Part shown: positions 30,766 to 41,591 of the stretch, piece by piece | Position numbering within the stretch: the stretch's first letter is position 1 | Layout of the letters: every line of letters begins with the position of its first letter | DNA from: Methanocaldococcus indicus | GTDB taxonomy: Archaea > AGJL01 > Methanococci > Methanococcales > Methanocaldococcaceae | NCBI RefSeq assembly: GCF_049554935.1 | Contig: NZ_CP186926.1 | Span: 224,001 to 288,000 of the forward strand | Reading direction: 5' to 3' | Length of the DNA: 64,000 nt | Program-made: the position numbers and the translations under genes | Notes under the pieces: model-generated | What the model saw: only the letters and a program-made list of their open reading frames with translations | What the model was told of the DNA's origin: nothing | Database searches by the model: none

Positions 30766-32313
30766 ATGATAAAGAAGTTATTAATAGCTATGTTGTTGGC
30801 TTTCTTTACAGTAAGTGTAGGGGCCAATACAGTTATATTAGTAAGTGATAATTCAGCAGATTATGCAACAGCCTTACAATTAGCAGAAGCTTTAAATGCA
30901 ACTGTCATAACAACTGAGTGGGGAATATATAATGAAAGTGTTGTATCTGAAATTTTAAATTTAAGTCCTGATAAAGTTATTGTTGTAGGAGGTCCATTAG
31001 CTGTTGTCAATAACTATACAACTGAATTAGAAAACAACAACATTGAGGTTATAAGAGTTGGAGGACAAGATAGATATCAAACTAATGGCTTGGTTTTAGA
31101 GCAATTCAAAAATCAAATAAGAGAAAGATTTAACAATACTGCTTGTGTATGTCATGGCTTTGATGAAGTTGCTTTAAATGAATCAGTTTCCTTTATAAAA
31201 AATGGTAGTTTAGTTGTATTAACAAATGGTATCAACTTATCAGTAAATCCAACTGAGTTAAATATAACAAAAGTTGTAGTTGTAGATAATCCTGTCTGTC
31301 CATTCTGCAACTACACAAAATTAGCTAAAAGATTACAAGAAAGATTTAGAATACAAGTTCAAGTAAAAGAAATAAATCAAAATAGAATAAAGATTATGCT
31401 TCAAAATAGATTAAGAGTATTAGAGAGAAAAATGATAATGTTAAAAAGAAGAGGTATAGATGTTAGTGACTTAGAACAAAAAATTAATGAAGTTAAACAA
31501 TTAATTGAACAAAATAAATTAGAAGAAGCTTATAAAATTATGGTTCAGTTAGAAGAGCAATCTATGGTTAAAGTTAGATTACATCTTCATCCTATGCCAG
31601 GTAGAATGATGAACAATACAAATAGAGGAGGACCACATCATATTATGAATCATACAGTTGCAAGAGGAAAAATGTTTGTAAATTCAAATGGGACAATTGA
31701 TGTAAGAGGTTTAAGAAATGATATAAATACAATGCCTTACCAAACTATAAATGAAGAGGAAAAAGAAGGACTTTTACATATGTATGAAGAGGAAAAATTA
31801 GCAAGAGATGTTTATTTAACATTATACAACAAATGGAAACTGCCAATATTTGAAAATATTGCAAATGCTGAAAAAACACATATGGCAGCAGTTGAAAGCA
31901 TATTAATAAAGTATAATATAAGTTATCCAAAAGATGAAGGAGTAGGTAAATTTAACAACTCTGAACTACAAGAACTATACTACAAATTAGTAAGTGAAGG
32001 TAATAAATCAGTTGTTGATGCTTTAAAAGTTGGATGTACTATTGAAGATTTAGATATTTATGACCTTCAACAATGGATAAACAAGACAGATAATGCGGAT
32101 ATAAAAACTGTATATGAAAACCTAATGAAAGGCTCAAGAAATCACATGAGAGCTTTCTATAAATTATTAGTTCAATATGGAGGTAATTATACACCTCAAT
32201 ATATAAGCCAAGAAGAGTTTAATGAAATTGTAAATTCTGAAATTGAAAGAGGTCCTGCAAGTGGAAATGTAGGAATAGGTGGCCAGAGAGGTTTTAGTAA
32301 AGCTATGCAATAA
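30766..32313 (+). CDS. Secreted protein: cell-wall-binding-2 repeat + coiled coil + DUF2202 ferritin-like domain
   Basis: Signal peptide; IVVGGPLAV...RVGGQDRYQT; EEEKLARDVY, AEKTH, IEDLDI.DL, GSRNH.RAF, Y.PQYIS. Confidence 0.8.
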   Translation: MIKKLLIAMLLAFFTVSVGANTVILVSDNSADYATALQLAEALNATVITTEWGIYNESVVSEILNLSPDKVIVVGGPLAVVNNYTTELENNNIEVIRVGGQDRYQTNGLVLEQFKNQIRERFNNTACVCHGFDEVALNESVSFIKNGSLVVLTNGINLSVNPTELNITKVVVVDNPVCPFCNYTKLAKRLQERFRIQVQVKEINQNRIKIMLQNRLRVLERKMIMLKRRGIDVSDLEQKINEVKQLIEQNKLEEAYKIMVQLEEQSMVKVRLHLHPMPGRMMNNTNRGGPHHIMNHTVARGKMFVNSNGTIDVRGLRNDINTMPYQTINEEEKEGLLHMYEEEKLARDVYLTLYNKWKLPIFENIANAEKTHMAAVESILIKYNISYPKDEGVGKFNNSELQELYYKLVSEGNKSVVDALKVGCTIEDLDIYDLQQWINKTDNADIKTVYENLMKGSRNHMRAFYKLLVQYGGNYTPQYISQEEFNEIVNSEIERGPASGNVGIGGQRGFSKAMQ

Positions 32314-32347
32314 ACTTTTTATATCTCTTTTTACTTTCTTAAACTCT

Positions 32348-33520
32348 ATGTTTAAAGATAAAAATATCCTTGTTCTCTGGCTCACTACATTTATTACTAT
32401 GTTGGGTATTGGTATTATAGCTCCTATTTTATCAATATATTCAAAAATATTAGGAGCAAGTAATTTAGAGATTGGTTTAATTTTTGGTAGTTTTGCATTA
32501 GCAAGAACATTAGCACAAATTCCAATAGGTTATTTATCAGACATCTATGGAAAAAAGATATTTATTGTTATAGGGACTTTTTTTTGTAGTGTTTTTACAA
32601 CTGCTTATGCATTTGTCCATACTGTATATGAGTTAATTGTTGTTAGAATGTTAAATGGTGCTTTTTCTTCATTTATAACTCCTGTTGCAGGAGCATATAT
32701 CTCTACAATAGCTCCAAAAGATAAACATGGAGAATATATGGGTATTTTTGGTAGTTCTTTGGCATTGGGATTTGCATTAGGTCCATTGTTTGGAGGATTT
32801 TTAGCTCAAATAAATATAACATTACCCTTCTATTTTTGTGGTGCTATTACATTCATAGCTTTTTTATTATGTCTATTTAAGTTAAAAAATATTGAAGTTG
32901 TAGATGGTAAAGTAAGATTTACCAATAAATTAATATTGTATAACAAAAAACTGAAATCAAATAAAGTTATTCCAACAGATTTTTTTAAAAATAGAAGATT
33001 TTCATTAGCATATATTTTAAATTTATTATATATTTCTGCAATGTCTGGAATTATGGTATATCTCTCCTTATATGCTTATTCTTTAAAGTTATCATTAGCA
33101 AGTATAGGATTTTTAATATCCTACACAAACATCTTATCTGGAATGACACAGAGAAAATTTGGAGGTTTTTATGATAAATATGGAAAGAAAGTTGCATATT
33201 ATGGAATTGTATTAATTACTCTTGGACTAATTTTATTAACAATCTCTAAGAATTTTACAGATTTATTGTTAGACTTAACATTTTTCTCTATTGGAGGAGC
33301 AATATTTTCTCCTGCTGTTAATAGTATTGCTATGGAAAAAATAGATATAGAAAAAAAAGGTTCTGCAATGGGATTATTTACAACAAGTTTAAATATTGGA
33401 ATGTTAGTAGGAGCAATTATCTTAGGATTTATAGCTGATTTATTTGGAATTAAAACAATGTATTTGCTGGTAGGAATAGTATTTTTTATTTTTTCAACAG
33501 TAATTTTAAGGACTATTTAG
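32348..33520 (+). CDS. MFS transporter (DHA1-like)
   Basis: GYLSDIYGKK motif A, R.L.G, LGPLFGG; 12 TMs. Confidence 0.9.
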   Translation: MFKDKNILVLWLTTFITMLGIGIIAPILSIYSKILGASNLEIGLIFGSFALARTLAQIPIGYLSDIYGKKIFIVIGTFFCSVFTTAYAFVHTVYELIVVRMLNGAFSSFITPVAGAYISTIAPKDKHGEYMGIFGSSLALGFALGPLFGGFLAQINITLPFYFCGAITFIAFLLCLFKLKNIEVVDGKVRFTNKLILYNKKLKSNKVIPTDFFKNRRFSLAYILNLLYISAMSGIMVYLSLYAYSLKLSLASIGFLISYTNILSGMTQRKFGGFYDKYGKKVAYYGIVLITLGLILLTISKNFTDLLLDLTFFSIGGAIFSPAVNSIAMEKIDIEKKGSAMGLFTTSLNIGMLVGAIILGFIADLFGIKTMYLLVGIVFFIFSTVILRTI

Positions 33521-33776
33521 ATAGAGTTATTGATATATAGGATATATTTATATCTCTTCCATCCTTATCTTTTACTTTATCTGTTCCAATTTCTATATTT
33601 TCTATTTTAATATTTCTAAGGACTCTATTTCTTACTATTTCAGCAACATCAACAGCTTTTGCTATTGCTTTACCTCTTGCTTTTATAGTAACTTTATTGT
33701 TGTTAGTTAGTTGAGCAAGAACAGCAACCACATAGTTTTTAACTGGCTTTTTGCCAATATATACAATTCCTTCCAA
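33513..33776 (-). CDS. albA: DNA/RNA-binding protein Alba
   Basis: IGKKP..NYV.A, KARG.AI.KAVDVAE. Confidence 0.95.
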   Translation of the reverse strand: MEGIVYIGKKPVKNYVVAVLAQLTNNNKVTIKARGKAIAKAVDVAEIVRNRVLRNIKIENIEIGTDKVKDKDGRDINISYISITLSK

Positions 33777-33788
33777 AAATTTCCACCT

Positions 33789-35354
33789 TTATTTTTCTAT
33801 AATTTTCTTTTTAGATTTTTTAGACAATATTTTATTAATCCCATCAATAACTGCCTCAACAGATGCTCTAACTATATCTTCTCTTGCTGATTTTGATGTT
33901 ACCTCTTCTCCATAACCTTCCAATGTAACAACTACCTCAGCTAATGCATCAGTTCCTCCTGTTATAGCATCTATATGATACTCCTTAATCTTTATCTTTT
34001 CTCCTAATGCTTTTTGTATAGCTTTTACTGCTGCATCTACTGGACCCACACCAATAGATGACTCTTTAACAACTTCATCATCAACTTTTAAAGATACTGA
34101 TGCAGTAGGGATTACTTTATTTCCAGTCATTACTGCTATTTGCTCTAAATCTACAACTCTATCCTTTTTAGCAACTCTACCAACAACATCCTCAACTATT
34201 GCCTCAATATCTCTATCAGTAACTCTCTTACCTTTATCTCCTAATTTTTTGATTCTCTTAACTATCTCCTCAAACTGCTCCTTAGTTAAATTAGTTATAC
34301 CTAATTCTTTTAGCTTAGCTTCAATTGCATGAGTTCCTGTATGTTTTCCTAAGATTATTTTTCTTTTCTGTCCTACTAATTCGGGTGGAATAGGTTCATA
34401 AGTTAATGCATGGGCTAAAACACCATGTGCATGTATTCCACTCTCATGAGCAAATGCATTCTCTCCAACAACTGCTTTATTTGGTTGTGGTTTTATCTCT
34501 GTGTATTTAGCAACTAATTGGGATATATTATAGAGAAGTTCTGTTTTAATATTAGTTTTTATATTGTATAAAGCAAATAATGACATAACAACCTCTTCTA
34601 ATGCAGCATTTCCTCCTCTTTCTCCTAAACCATTAATTGTGCAATGAACTTGTTCAGCCCCTGCTTCAATAGCTGCTAATGAGTTTGCAACAGCTAAACC
34701 AAAATCATTATGACAATGGATAGATATTGGAATATTAATTTCTTTTTTTAGTTTATCTATTAAATAAAACATAGCCCTTGGAATCATAACTCCAACAGTA
34801 TCTGGGACATTTATAATATCTGCCTTAGCTTCCTCTGCTTTTTTATATACTTCTATTAAATAATCTAATTCTGTTCTTGTAGCATCTTCTGCAGAGAACT
34901 CCACTTTTAAACCATGTTCTTTAATATAATCAATTGCTTCAACAGCTATATCAATAATCTCTTCCTTAGATTTTTTTAATTTATATTTTCTATGTAGTGG
35001 AGAAGTTGCTATAAATGTGTGAATTCTATCAACTCCACAATCAATAGCAACATCTATATCTTTCTTTACAGCTCTTGCCAATCCACAAATTTCAGCATCT
35101 AAATTTAGGGAACATATCTTTTTTATAGCCTCTTTTTCTCCTGCTGATGAAACAGGAAAACCAGCTTCAATAACATCCACACCTAACTTATCTAAGTTAA
35201 TAGCAATCTCAACCTTTTCCTCAGGTGTTAGAGATACTCCAGGTGTTTGTTCTCCATCTCTTAATGTTGTATCAAATATATACACTCTCTCTGGAAGATT
35301 TAGATTTTTTAGAGCTTCTTTAATATAGGTATTCTCCTCTCTATAATTTATCAT
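33789..35354 (-). CDS. leuA: 2-isopropylmalate synthase
   Basis: [32 protein letters not shown], regulatory domain GVGPVDA; N-terminal extension typical of the methanococcal LeuA paralog. Confidence 0.82.
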   Translation of the reverse strand: MINYREENTYIKEALKNLNLPERVYIFDTTLRDGEQTPGVSLTPEEKVEIAINLDKLGVDVIEAGFPVSSAGEKEAIKKICSLNLDAEICGLARAVKKDIDVAIDCGVDRIHTFIATSPLHRKYKLKKSKEEIIDIAVEAIDYIKEHGLKVEFSAEDATRTELDYLIEVYKKAEEAKADIINVPDTVGVMIPRAMFYLIDKLKKEINIPISIHCHNDFGLAVANSLAAIEAGAEQVHCTINGLGERGGNAALEEVVMSLFALYNIKTNIKTELLYNISQLVAKYTEIKPQPNKAVVGENAFAHESGIHAHGVLAHALTYEPIPPELVGQKRKIILGKHTGTHAIEAKLKELGITNLTKEQFEEIVKRIKKLGDKGKRVTDRDIEAIVEDVVGRVAKKDRVVDLEQIAVMTGNKVIPTASVSLKVDDEVVKESSIGVGPVDAAVKAIQKALGEKIKIKEYHIDAITGGTDALAEVVVTLEGYGEEVTSKSAREDIVRASVEAVIDGINKILSKKSKKKIIEK

Positions 35355-35392
35355 AGTTATCTCCTCCCTTAGATTCCAACATAAATTAATGA

Positions 35393-36268
35393 TTATATAA
35401 CACTATATATAACCCTAATTATTGCTCCTAAAATAAAGGCCAATATTGGGGCTGTTATCCACCAAATTAGGAATTTTTTTAATACACTAAATTTTATAGT
35501 TTTTATTCCTCTTGTTAATCCAACTCCAACAGTTGCTCCAACAATACCATAAGTTGTAGATACAGGAATTCCAAAATATGTAAAAAGTAGAATAGCCAAA
35601 CCACCAGAAAATTGAGCAATAAATGCTGATATAATATCCAAATTTATTATCTTACCTAATTCCTTAGATATATTCTTTCCAAATAATGCTCCTAATGATA
35701 GAAATACAGCTCCAATTAAATGATACTTTAAAGATGTTGTAAATACTCCTAAGATTGTTGGTAAGTCATTACTACCTAAATTAAATGCAACAATGCCAGA
35801 GGATAGTATAAGAAGAATTTTAATTATTCTAATTTTTTTCAATATTGGAATTTTTATTTTATTATATAAATTATATAGGATATAAGCTAAAAACATAGCT
35901 AATAAAGGAGATATAATCCAGCTTAAAACTATTTTAAAAAATAAATCAAAGTTTTTTAAAGACAAACCTACTAATGAAGATATAATTAAAGTATGTAAAG
36001 AAACTGGGACTCTAAAATAGTTAGAAATAACAAATAAGATAGCTGTTATAATTAGGGCTAAAAATGGTTTGTATGAGAGATAATGAACAGTTGAGCTAAC
36101 TTTAAAGGAAAATAGTGCTCCTAAAAATACAAATACTGTAAATGTTAATATAAGAATTCTATAATCTATTTTTGCAGAATATGCTAATCCAATAGCATTG
36201 GCTGAATTGTTAATTCCTAATAAAAATACTAAAATATATGCAAACAATAGCTCTATATTATCACACAT
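35393..36268 (-). CDS. PiT-family phosphate transporter
   Basis: GINN.ANA, PVS..H, GSND, GIPVSTT...VGA..GVG. Confidence 0.85.
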   Translation of the reverse strand: MCDNIELLFAYILVFLLGINNSANAIGLAYSAKIDYRILILTFTVFVFLGALFSFKVSSTVHYLSYKPFLALIITAILFVISNYFRVPVSLHTLIISSLVGLSLKNFDLFFKIVLSWIISPLLAMFLAYILYNLYNKIKIPILKKIRIIKILLILSSGIVAFNLGSNDLPTILGVFTTSLKYHLIGAVFLSLGALFGKNISKELGKIINLDIISAFIAQFSGGLAILLFTYFGIPVSTTYGIVGATVGVGLTRGIKTIKFSVLKKFLIWWITAPILAFILGAIIRVIYSVI

Positions 36269-36875
36269 TCAAATAAATTATTTGAAGTTCATCAGCAATA
36301 TCTTCAATATAATCACTTATCTTAACTATAAACTCTAAAAAATCACTTAAAAGCTTTCCTTCCCAAAAATTAGCCACATCAATATTAATTAACTTTCTAT
36401 AAATGTTGTTGTAATAAATTAAATCAATATCCTTCTCATATTTTTTTATCTTTTTTAAATGATAATCAAAATCTCCACCATGTTCAAATACACAAATAAG
36501 GTGTTTTAGTTCAACATACATCTCTTTTGTTATATTTAATATCTCTAAAACTTCATCTAAGAAATAAATATTATCAAAAAGATTATAAATTAAAGCTGAA
36601 TGCTTAATATTATCTAATGTCTCATCTAACAACTCTGTGGCTTTTGATAACTCTCTTCTAATGTTTGGTAAGAAAGCTGAGGATAAATTTATTCTTATAT
36701 ATCTTGTTATTGTGTCTCCTTTCTCTTCTAATTCAATTATTTTATTAACTAATTTTTTATCTTTATTTATAAGTAATGTTTTTATTAATTCTATTCCTTC
36801 AATACCATAATCAACCAGTTCAATAAATTTATTTAGAATTTCTGACTCTTTATCCTTTTTAAAAATAAATAGCAT
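36261..36875 (-). CDS. DUF47/TIGR00153 PiT-associated regulator
   Basis: E..GD, AFLP..R, E..ID, ISD..ED.AD; coupled to the PiT gene. Confidence 0.85.
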   Translation of the reverse strand: MLFIFKKDKESEILNKFIELVDYGIEGIELIKTLLINKDKKLVNKIIELEEKGDTITRYIRINLSSAFLPNIRRELSKATELLDETLDNIKHSALIYNLFDNIYFLDEVLEILNITKEMYVELKHLICVFEHGGDFDYHLKKIKKYEKDIDLIYYNNIYRKLINIDVANFWEGKLLSDFLEFIVKISDYIEDIADELQIIYLNV

Positions 36876-36955
36876 ATAGAATCATCCTAAAATTTTTATA
36901 TAAATCTCTATATTAAAAATAATAATATATTAATTTTGAGTTTTGAGGTGATAGT

Positions 36956-37576
36956 ATAAAAAAATTGGTTATTGTTACTTTATCAATCATGATATTAACA
37001 TCTTTAAGTATGTGCATAAATACAAATGAAAAGATAAAGGAGGAGAAGCAAATGAAAGGAAAAATTTTAATGGTTATAGCTCCAAAAGATTTTAGAGATG
37101 AGGAATTATTTGAACCAATGAATATATTTGAAAATCATGGTTATAAGGTTGATGTTGCTTCAACAAGAAAGGGAGAATGTGTTGGAATGCTTGGACATAA
37201 AATATATGTTAATTTAACAATTGATGAAGTAAATCCTAATGATTATGTAGCTCTTGTTATTCCAGGAGGAATAGGCTCAAAAGAATATTTATGGAATAAT
37301 AAAAAACTCTTAGAATTAGTCAGAGAATTTTATGAAGAAAATAAAACAGTTGCAGCTATATGTTTATCACCTGTGGTATTGGCAGAAGCTGGAATATTAA
37401 AAGGAAAGAAAGCTACAGTTTTTCCAGATAAAGAAGCAATTGAAGAGCTAAAAAAATATGGAGCAATATATGTAGATAAAGGAGTTGTAAGAGATGGTAA
37501 AATAGTTACTGCCAAATCTCCTGAGTATGCCAGACTATTTGGATTAGAAGTATTAAAAACTATTGAGCAGCAATAG
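36956..37576 (+). CDS. DJ-1/PfpI family protein with a lipoprotein-like leader; probable ATA start at 36956 (TTG alternative at 36965)
   Basis: FRDEE, IPGG.G, AAICLSP..LA.AG.L.G, VV.DG.IVTA. Confidence 0.85.
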   Translation: MKKLVIVTLSIMILTSLSMCINTNEKIKEEKQMKGKILMVIAPKDFRDEELFEPMNIFENHGYKVDVASTRKGECVGMLGHKIYVNLTIDEVNPNDYVALVIPGGIGSKEYLWNNKKLLELVREFYEENKTVAAICLSPVVLAEAGILKGKKATVFPDKEAIEELKKYGAIYVDKGVVRDGKIVTAKSPEYARLFGLEVLKTIEQQ

Positions 37577-37671
37577 AAAATAAGATATAATTTTATTATA
37601 CCATATATAACTTAGAATAACATACATATTAAATTGCTAATTTTTTCCGTAAAATATTTATATTGGTATTA

Positions 37672-37685
37672 GGAAACTTATTTCC
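37672..37685. promoter_or_regulatory. NrpR nitrogen operator GGAA-N6-TTCC upstream of glnA
   Basis: GGAAACTTATTTCC matches the methanococcal NrpR consensus exactly, just downstream of TTTATAT (37657-37663). Confidence 0.85.
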
Positions 37686-37714
37686 AGAAAAATTTTGGAA
37701 CCAGGGTGAAATAG

Positions 37715-39055
37715 ATGAACATAGAAGAAGCAATAAAATATGTAAAAGAGAACAATGTTAAATTTATAAGATTCCAATTTGTAGATATCTTAGGATTCCC
37801 AAAAAATGTAGCATATCCAGTTAAAACTGGAGAAAAAGGAGAAGAAGAATTAAGAGAAATATTTGAGACAGGAGTTTGGTTTGATGGTTCTTCTATAACT
37901 GGTTTTGTTGGAATTGAAGAATCAGATATGTTATTAAAGCCAGATTTATCAACACTATCTGTTTTACCATGGAGACCTGAAGAGAAGAGTGTTGCAAGAG
38001 TTATATGTTATGTCTATAAAGATGAAAAGACACCATTTGAAGGAGACCCAAGAAGTAGATTAAAAGCTCTTCTAGATGAATTAAAAGAAGAAATGAACGG
38101 AGAGTTCTTTGTTGGTCCTGAACCAGAGTTCTTTTTATTAAAGCAAGATGAATGTGGAAATTGGATTCCTGCAGATGATGGAGGATACTTTGATGTTGAG
38201 CCATTAGATGATGCTCCAGATATCAGAAGAGATATTGTTTTAGCATTAGAAAACTTAGGATTCCATGTAGAAGCTTCTCACCACGAAGTAGCTCCAGGAC
38301 AACATGAAGTTGATTTCAAATTTGACAATGCTTTAAAAACAGCTGACAGTGTTGTAACATTCAAAATGACAATTAAAAATATAGCTAAGAAACATGGATT
38401 AAAAGCTACATTTATGCCAAAACCATTCTTTGGAATGAATGGTAATGGAATGCACTGCCACCAAAGTGTTTGGTTCAATGGAAAACCATCATTCTATGAT
38501 GAAAATGGACCTTATGGAGGATTAAGTGAAATATGTTTAAGCTACATAGCTGGAATTTTAGAACATGCTAAGGCATTAGTTGCTATAACAAACCCATTAG
38601 TTAATTCATACAAGAGATTAGTTCCAGGATATGAAGCTCCTGTAAATATTGCTTGGGCAAACAAAAACAGAAGTGCTATTATTAGAGTTCCAGCTGCAAG
38701 AGGAAAAGCTACAAGAATTGAATTCAGAGCTCCAGATCCATCATGTAACCCATATTTAGCATTTGCATGTATGTTAGCAGCTGGTTTGGATGGAATTAAA
38801 AGAAAATTAACACCACCAGAACCAGTAGAAAGAAACATCTTCAAAATGAGTGAAGCTGAGAAAAAAGAGTTAGGAATAGAATCAGTTCCTGCAAACTTAA
38901 AAGAAGCATTAGATAAATTAGAATGTGATGAAGTATTACAAAAAGCATTAGGAAAACACATATATGAAAACTGGATAGAAATTAAAAGAGCTGAATGGGA
39001 TGAATTTAGAACATCAGTTACTGATTGGGAGTGGAACAAATACTTAATCTACTAA
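37715..39055 (+). CDS. glnA: Glutamine synthetase type I
   Basis: FDGSS, ESDM, GPEPEFF, HHEVAPGQHE, TFMPKP, GNGMH, NSYKRLVPGYEAP, RIEFR.PD. Confidence 0.97.
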   Translation: MNIEEAIKYVKENNVKFIRFQFVDILGFPKNVAYPVKTGEKGEEELREIFETGVWFDGSSITGFVGIEESDMLLKPDLSTLSVLPWRPEEKSVARVICYVYKDEKTPFEGDPRSRLKALLDELKEEMNGEFFVGPEPEFFLLKQDECGNWIPADDGGYFDVEPLDDAPDIRRDIVLALENLGFHVEASHHEVAPGQHEVDFKFDNALKTADSVVTFKMTIKNIAKKHGLKATFMPKPFFGMNGNGMHCHQSVWFNGKPSFYDENGPYGGLSEICLSYIAGILEHAKALVAITNPLVNSYKRLVPGYEAPVNIAWANKNRSAIIRVPAARGKATRIEFRAPDPSCNPYLAFACMLAAGLDGIKRKLTPPEPVERNIFKMSEAEKKELGIESVPANLKEALDKLECDEVLQKALGKHIYENWIEIKRAEWDEFRTSVTDWEWNKYLIY

Positions 39056-39059
39056 ATTA

Positions 39060-39118
39060 AAAAATTCTTTTTTATTTTTTTATCAATTAAAAATTTTAAA
39101 AATAAAAAATAATAAATA
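39060..39118. terminator. Bidirectional oligo-T terminator region between convergent glnA and ppsA
   Basis: T-tracts on + (about 39068-39081) and A-tracts (about 39098-39117). Confidence 0.5.
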
Positions 39119-39119
39119 G

Positions 39120-41414
39120 TTATTCTTCTAAGGATTTTCTTCTAATAAAGTTCAATATAACTTTTTGCTCTGTTCTTGCTACTACTCTTCTTATTGTATC
39201 TACTGCATCTATATTTGCTGAAACTGCATCAATTCCCCACTCTACTAATTTCTCTACTATATGAGGCCTACTTCCTGCCTGGCCACATATTGATACTTTG
39301 ACATTATGTTTTTTACATGTTTTAATAACATTTTCTACTAATTTTAAAACAGCAGGATGGTCTTCTTTATAATATTTTGAAACTAATTCATTGTTTCTGT
39401 CTATAGCAATAGTGTATTGTGTCAAATCATTAGTCCCTAAACTAACAAAGTCTATTCCTTCTTTTATAAAGTCTTCAATTATTAAAGCAGCTGCAGGAGT
39501 TTCTACCATTATTCCAAAAGGAACATCTTTTCTTAATTCTAAGCCCACTTCTCTTGCTATTTCTTTAACTCTTTTTACTTCATCAGGATGAGTTACAAGA
39601 GGTATCATTATTTCTATATTTTTGTATCCCTCTTCTCTTAATCTTTTTATTGCTTCCAATTCACATTTTAATATCTCTACCTCATCTAACCCTCTTCTAA
39701 TTCCTCTCCAACCTAACATTGGATTATGTTCTATTGGTTCTCTTTCCCCTCCTTCTAATCCTCTAAATTCATCAGTTGGAGCATCTAATGTCCTATAAGT
39801 TACAGGTCTTGGATAGAATGCATCAGCTACTTTTCTAATTCCTTCCATTAATGCATTTATTAGTGCTTCTTTTCCTTCCTCTTCTAATATTTTTTTAGGA
39901 TGCTTACCCAGCCCTAAAATCATATGTTCAGCTCTCAATAATCCTACTCCATCAGCTCCTGTCTTAGCAGCTCTTTCAGCCACTTCTGGCATAGAAACAT
40001 TAACTTTAACCTCAGTAGCTGTAATAATTGGAGGAGCTAATATTACTTCTTTAACTTCCTCAACTTTTTTCTCTTCTTCTTTTTTCTTTATAATTCCTTC
40101 ATAGACTAAACCTTTTTCTCCATCTACTGTAACTATCTGTCCTTCTCTTAAAACTTTTGTAGCTTTCTTAGTTCCAACAACACAAGGAATTCCTAACTCT
40201 CTTGAAACTATTGCTGCGTGACAGGTAAGTCCACCCTCATCTGTTACAATAGCAGATGCTTTTTTCATTGCTGGAACCATATCAGGAGTAGTCATAGGTG
40301 CTACTAAAACATCTCCATCTTCAACTTTATCAATATCCTTAATATCCATAACAATTTTAACCTTTCCAGAGGCGATTCCTGGAGAAGCTCCAATACCTTT
40401 TAGTATAATTTTTCCTTCATCTACTTCTTCACTTTTTTCTTCTTTTTTACCTTTTTTCAATGTAGTTATGGGTCTTGCTTGAAGCATATATAACTTATCT
40501 TTTTCATAAGCCCATTCTACATCCATTGGTCTTTTGTAATGCTCTTCTATTTTAATTCCTACTTTTGCAACCTCTTTTATTTGTTCATCTGTTAAAACTT
40601 GTTTCTCTTTTAAATCTTCTGGGACATCTACTAACTTAGTTTCTCCTTTTTCATCTTTTATAAACATCTTTTCCTTTCTTGCTATATGCTTATCTTTAAT
40701 TTCCAAAGTTTTTTTATCTACAATGTATGTATCAGGAGATACTGTTCCACTAACTACACCTTCTCCTAATCCCCATGCAGCTTCAATAACTAACTCATCA
40801 TAATTCTGATTTATTGGATTAACTGTGAACATAACTCCAGCTTTATCAGCATTAACAAGTTTTTGAACAACAACAGCAATAGCTACATCAAAATGGTCAA
40901 AACCTTTCTCTTCTCTATAAAAAATAGCTCTTGGAGTAAATAATGAAGAAAAACATTTCTGGACATATTTAACAACATTATCTGCTCCTTTTACATTTAA
41001 ATAAGTATCTTGTTGTCCTGCAAAACTTGCATCTGGCAAATCTTCTGCTGTTGCAGAACTTCTTACAGCTACTGGAACCTCTTCCCCAAATTTTTCACAT
41101 AATTTATTGTAAGATTCTACTATTGCAAGTTTTAAATCATAAGGCATTTCTACACTTTCCATTAATTCTCTAATCTTTTTAGATGTCTCTTCTAAGGCTT
41201 TTGTGTCTCTAATATCTAAATTTTTTAATAACTCCTTAATCTTCTCTTTTATACCTGTCTCAGTTATAAAGTATCTGTATGCATCAGCAGTAACAATAAA
41301 AGCATCTGGAACTGGTAAGCCAGCATTCCACATTTCTCCTAATGATGCTCCTTTACCTCCTGCTATATGAACATCCTTATTAGTTATTTCATCCAACCAA
41401 ACAACAAATTTCAT
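39120..41414 (-). CDS. ppsA: Phosphoenolpyruvate synthase (no intein)
   Basis: GGKGASLGE, AVRSSATAED...SFAGQQ, QARP.T, GGLTCHAAIVSRE, E.NPMLGWRG, GTNDLTQ, SICGQ. Confidence 0.96.
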   Translation of the reverse strand: MKFVVWLDEITNKDVHIAGGKGASLGEMWNAGLPVPDAFIVTADAYRYFITETGIKEKIKELLKNLDIRDTKALEETSKKIRELMESVEMPYDLKLAIVESYNKLCEKFGEEVPVAVRSSATAEDLPDASFAGQQDTYLNVKGADNVVKYVQKCFSSLFTPRAIFYREEKGFDHFDVAIAVVVQKLVNADKAGVMFTVNPINQNYDELVIEAAWGLGEGVVSGTVSPDTYIVDKKTLEIKDKHIARKEKMFIKDEKGETKLVDVPEDLKEKQVLTDEQIKEVAKVGIKIEEHYKRPMDVEWAYEKDKLYMLQARPITTLKKGKKEEKSEEVDEGKIILKGIGASPGIASGKVKIVMDIKDIDKVEDGDVLVAPMTTPDMVPAMKKASAIVTDEGGLTCHAAIVSRELGIPCVVGTKKATKVLREGQIVTVDGEKGLVYEGIIKKKEEEKKVEEVKEVILAPPIITATEVKVNVSMPEVAERAAKTGADGVGLLRAEHMILGLGKHPKKILEEEGKEALINALMEGIRKVADAFYPRPVTYRTLDAPTDEFRGLEGGEREPIEHNPMLGWRGIRRGLDEVEILKCELEAIKRLREEGYKNIEIMIPLVTHPDEVKRVKEIAREVGLELRKDVPFGIMVETPAAALIIEDFIKEGIDFVSLGTNDLTQYTIAIDRNNELVSKYYKEDHPAVLKLVENVIKTCKKHNVKVSICGQAGSRPHIVEKLVEWGIDAVSANIDAVDTIRRVVARTEQKVILNFIRRKSLEE

Positions 41415-41591
41415 AGATATCCACCAAATAATGATTATAATATTAACTCTATTCTAATACTATATAAAAAATTTTGTTACTTAAAACTACCATACAGGAT
41501 GTCTGATATTAAACAAATCAAACAATAAAATTTTTATAAAAATTTAAATTATAGTTAAGATTTTGTCCAAAAATTTAATATGGTGAGAAGA

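Noticed and set aside
38001-39039. Antisense ORFs in glnA (and similar ones in cdhA, cdhC, spcS, the ATPase, the MCP, argB and pstB)
   Set aside because: Typical antisense shadows of codon-biased genes with no motifs.
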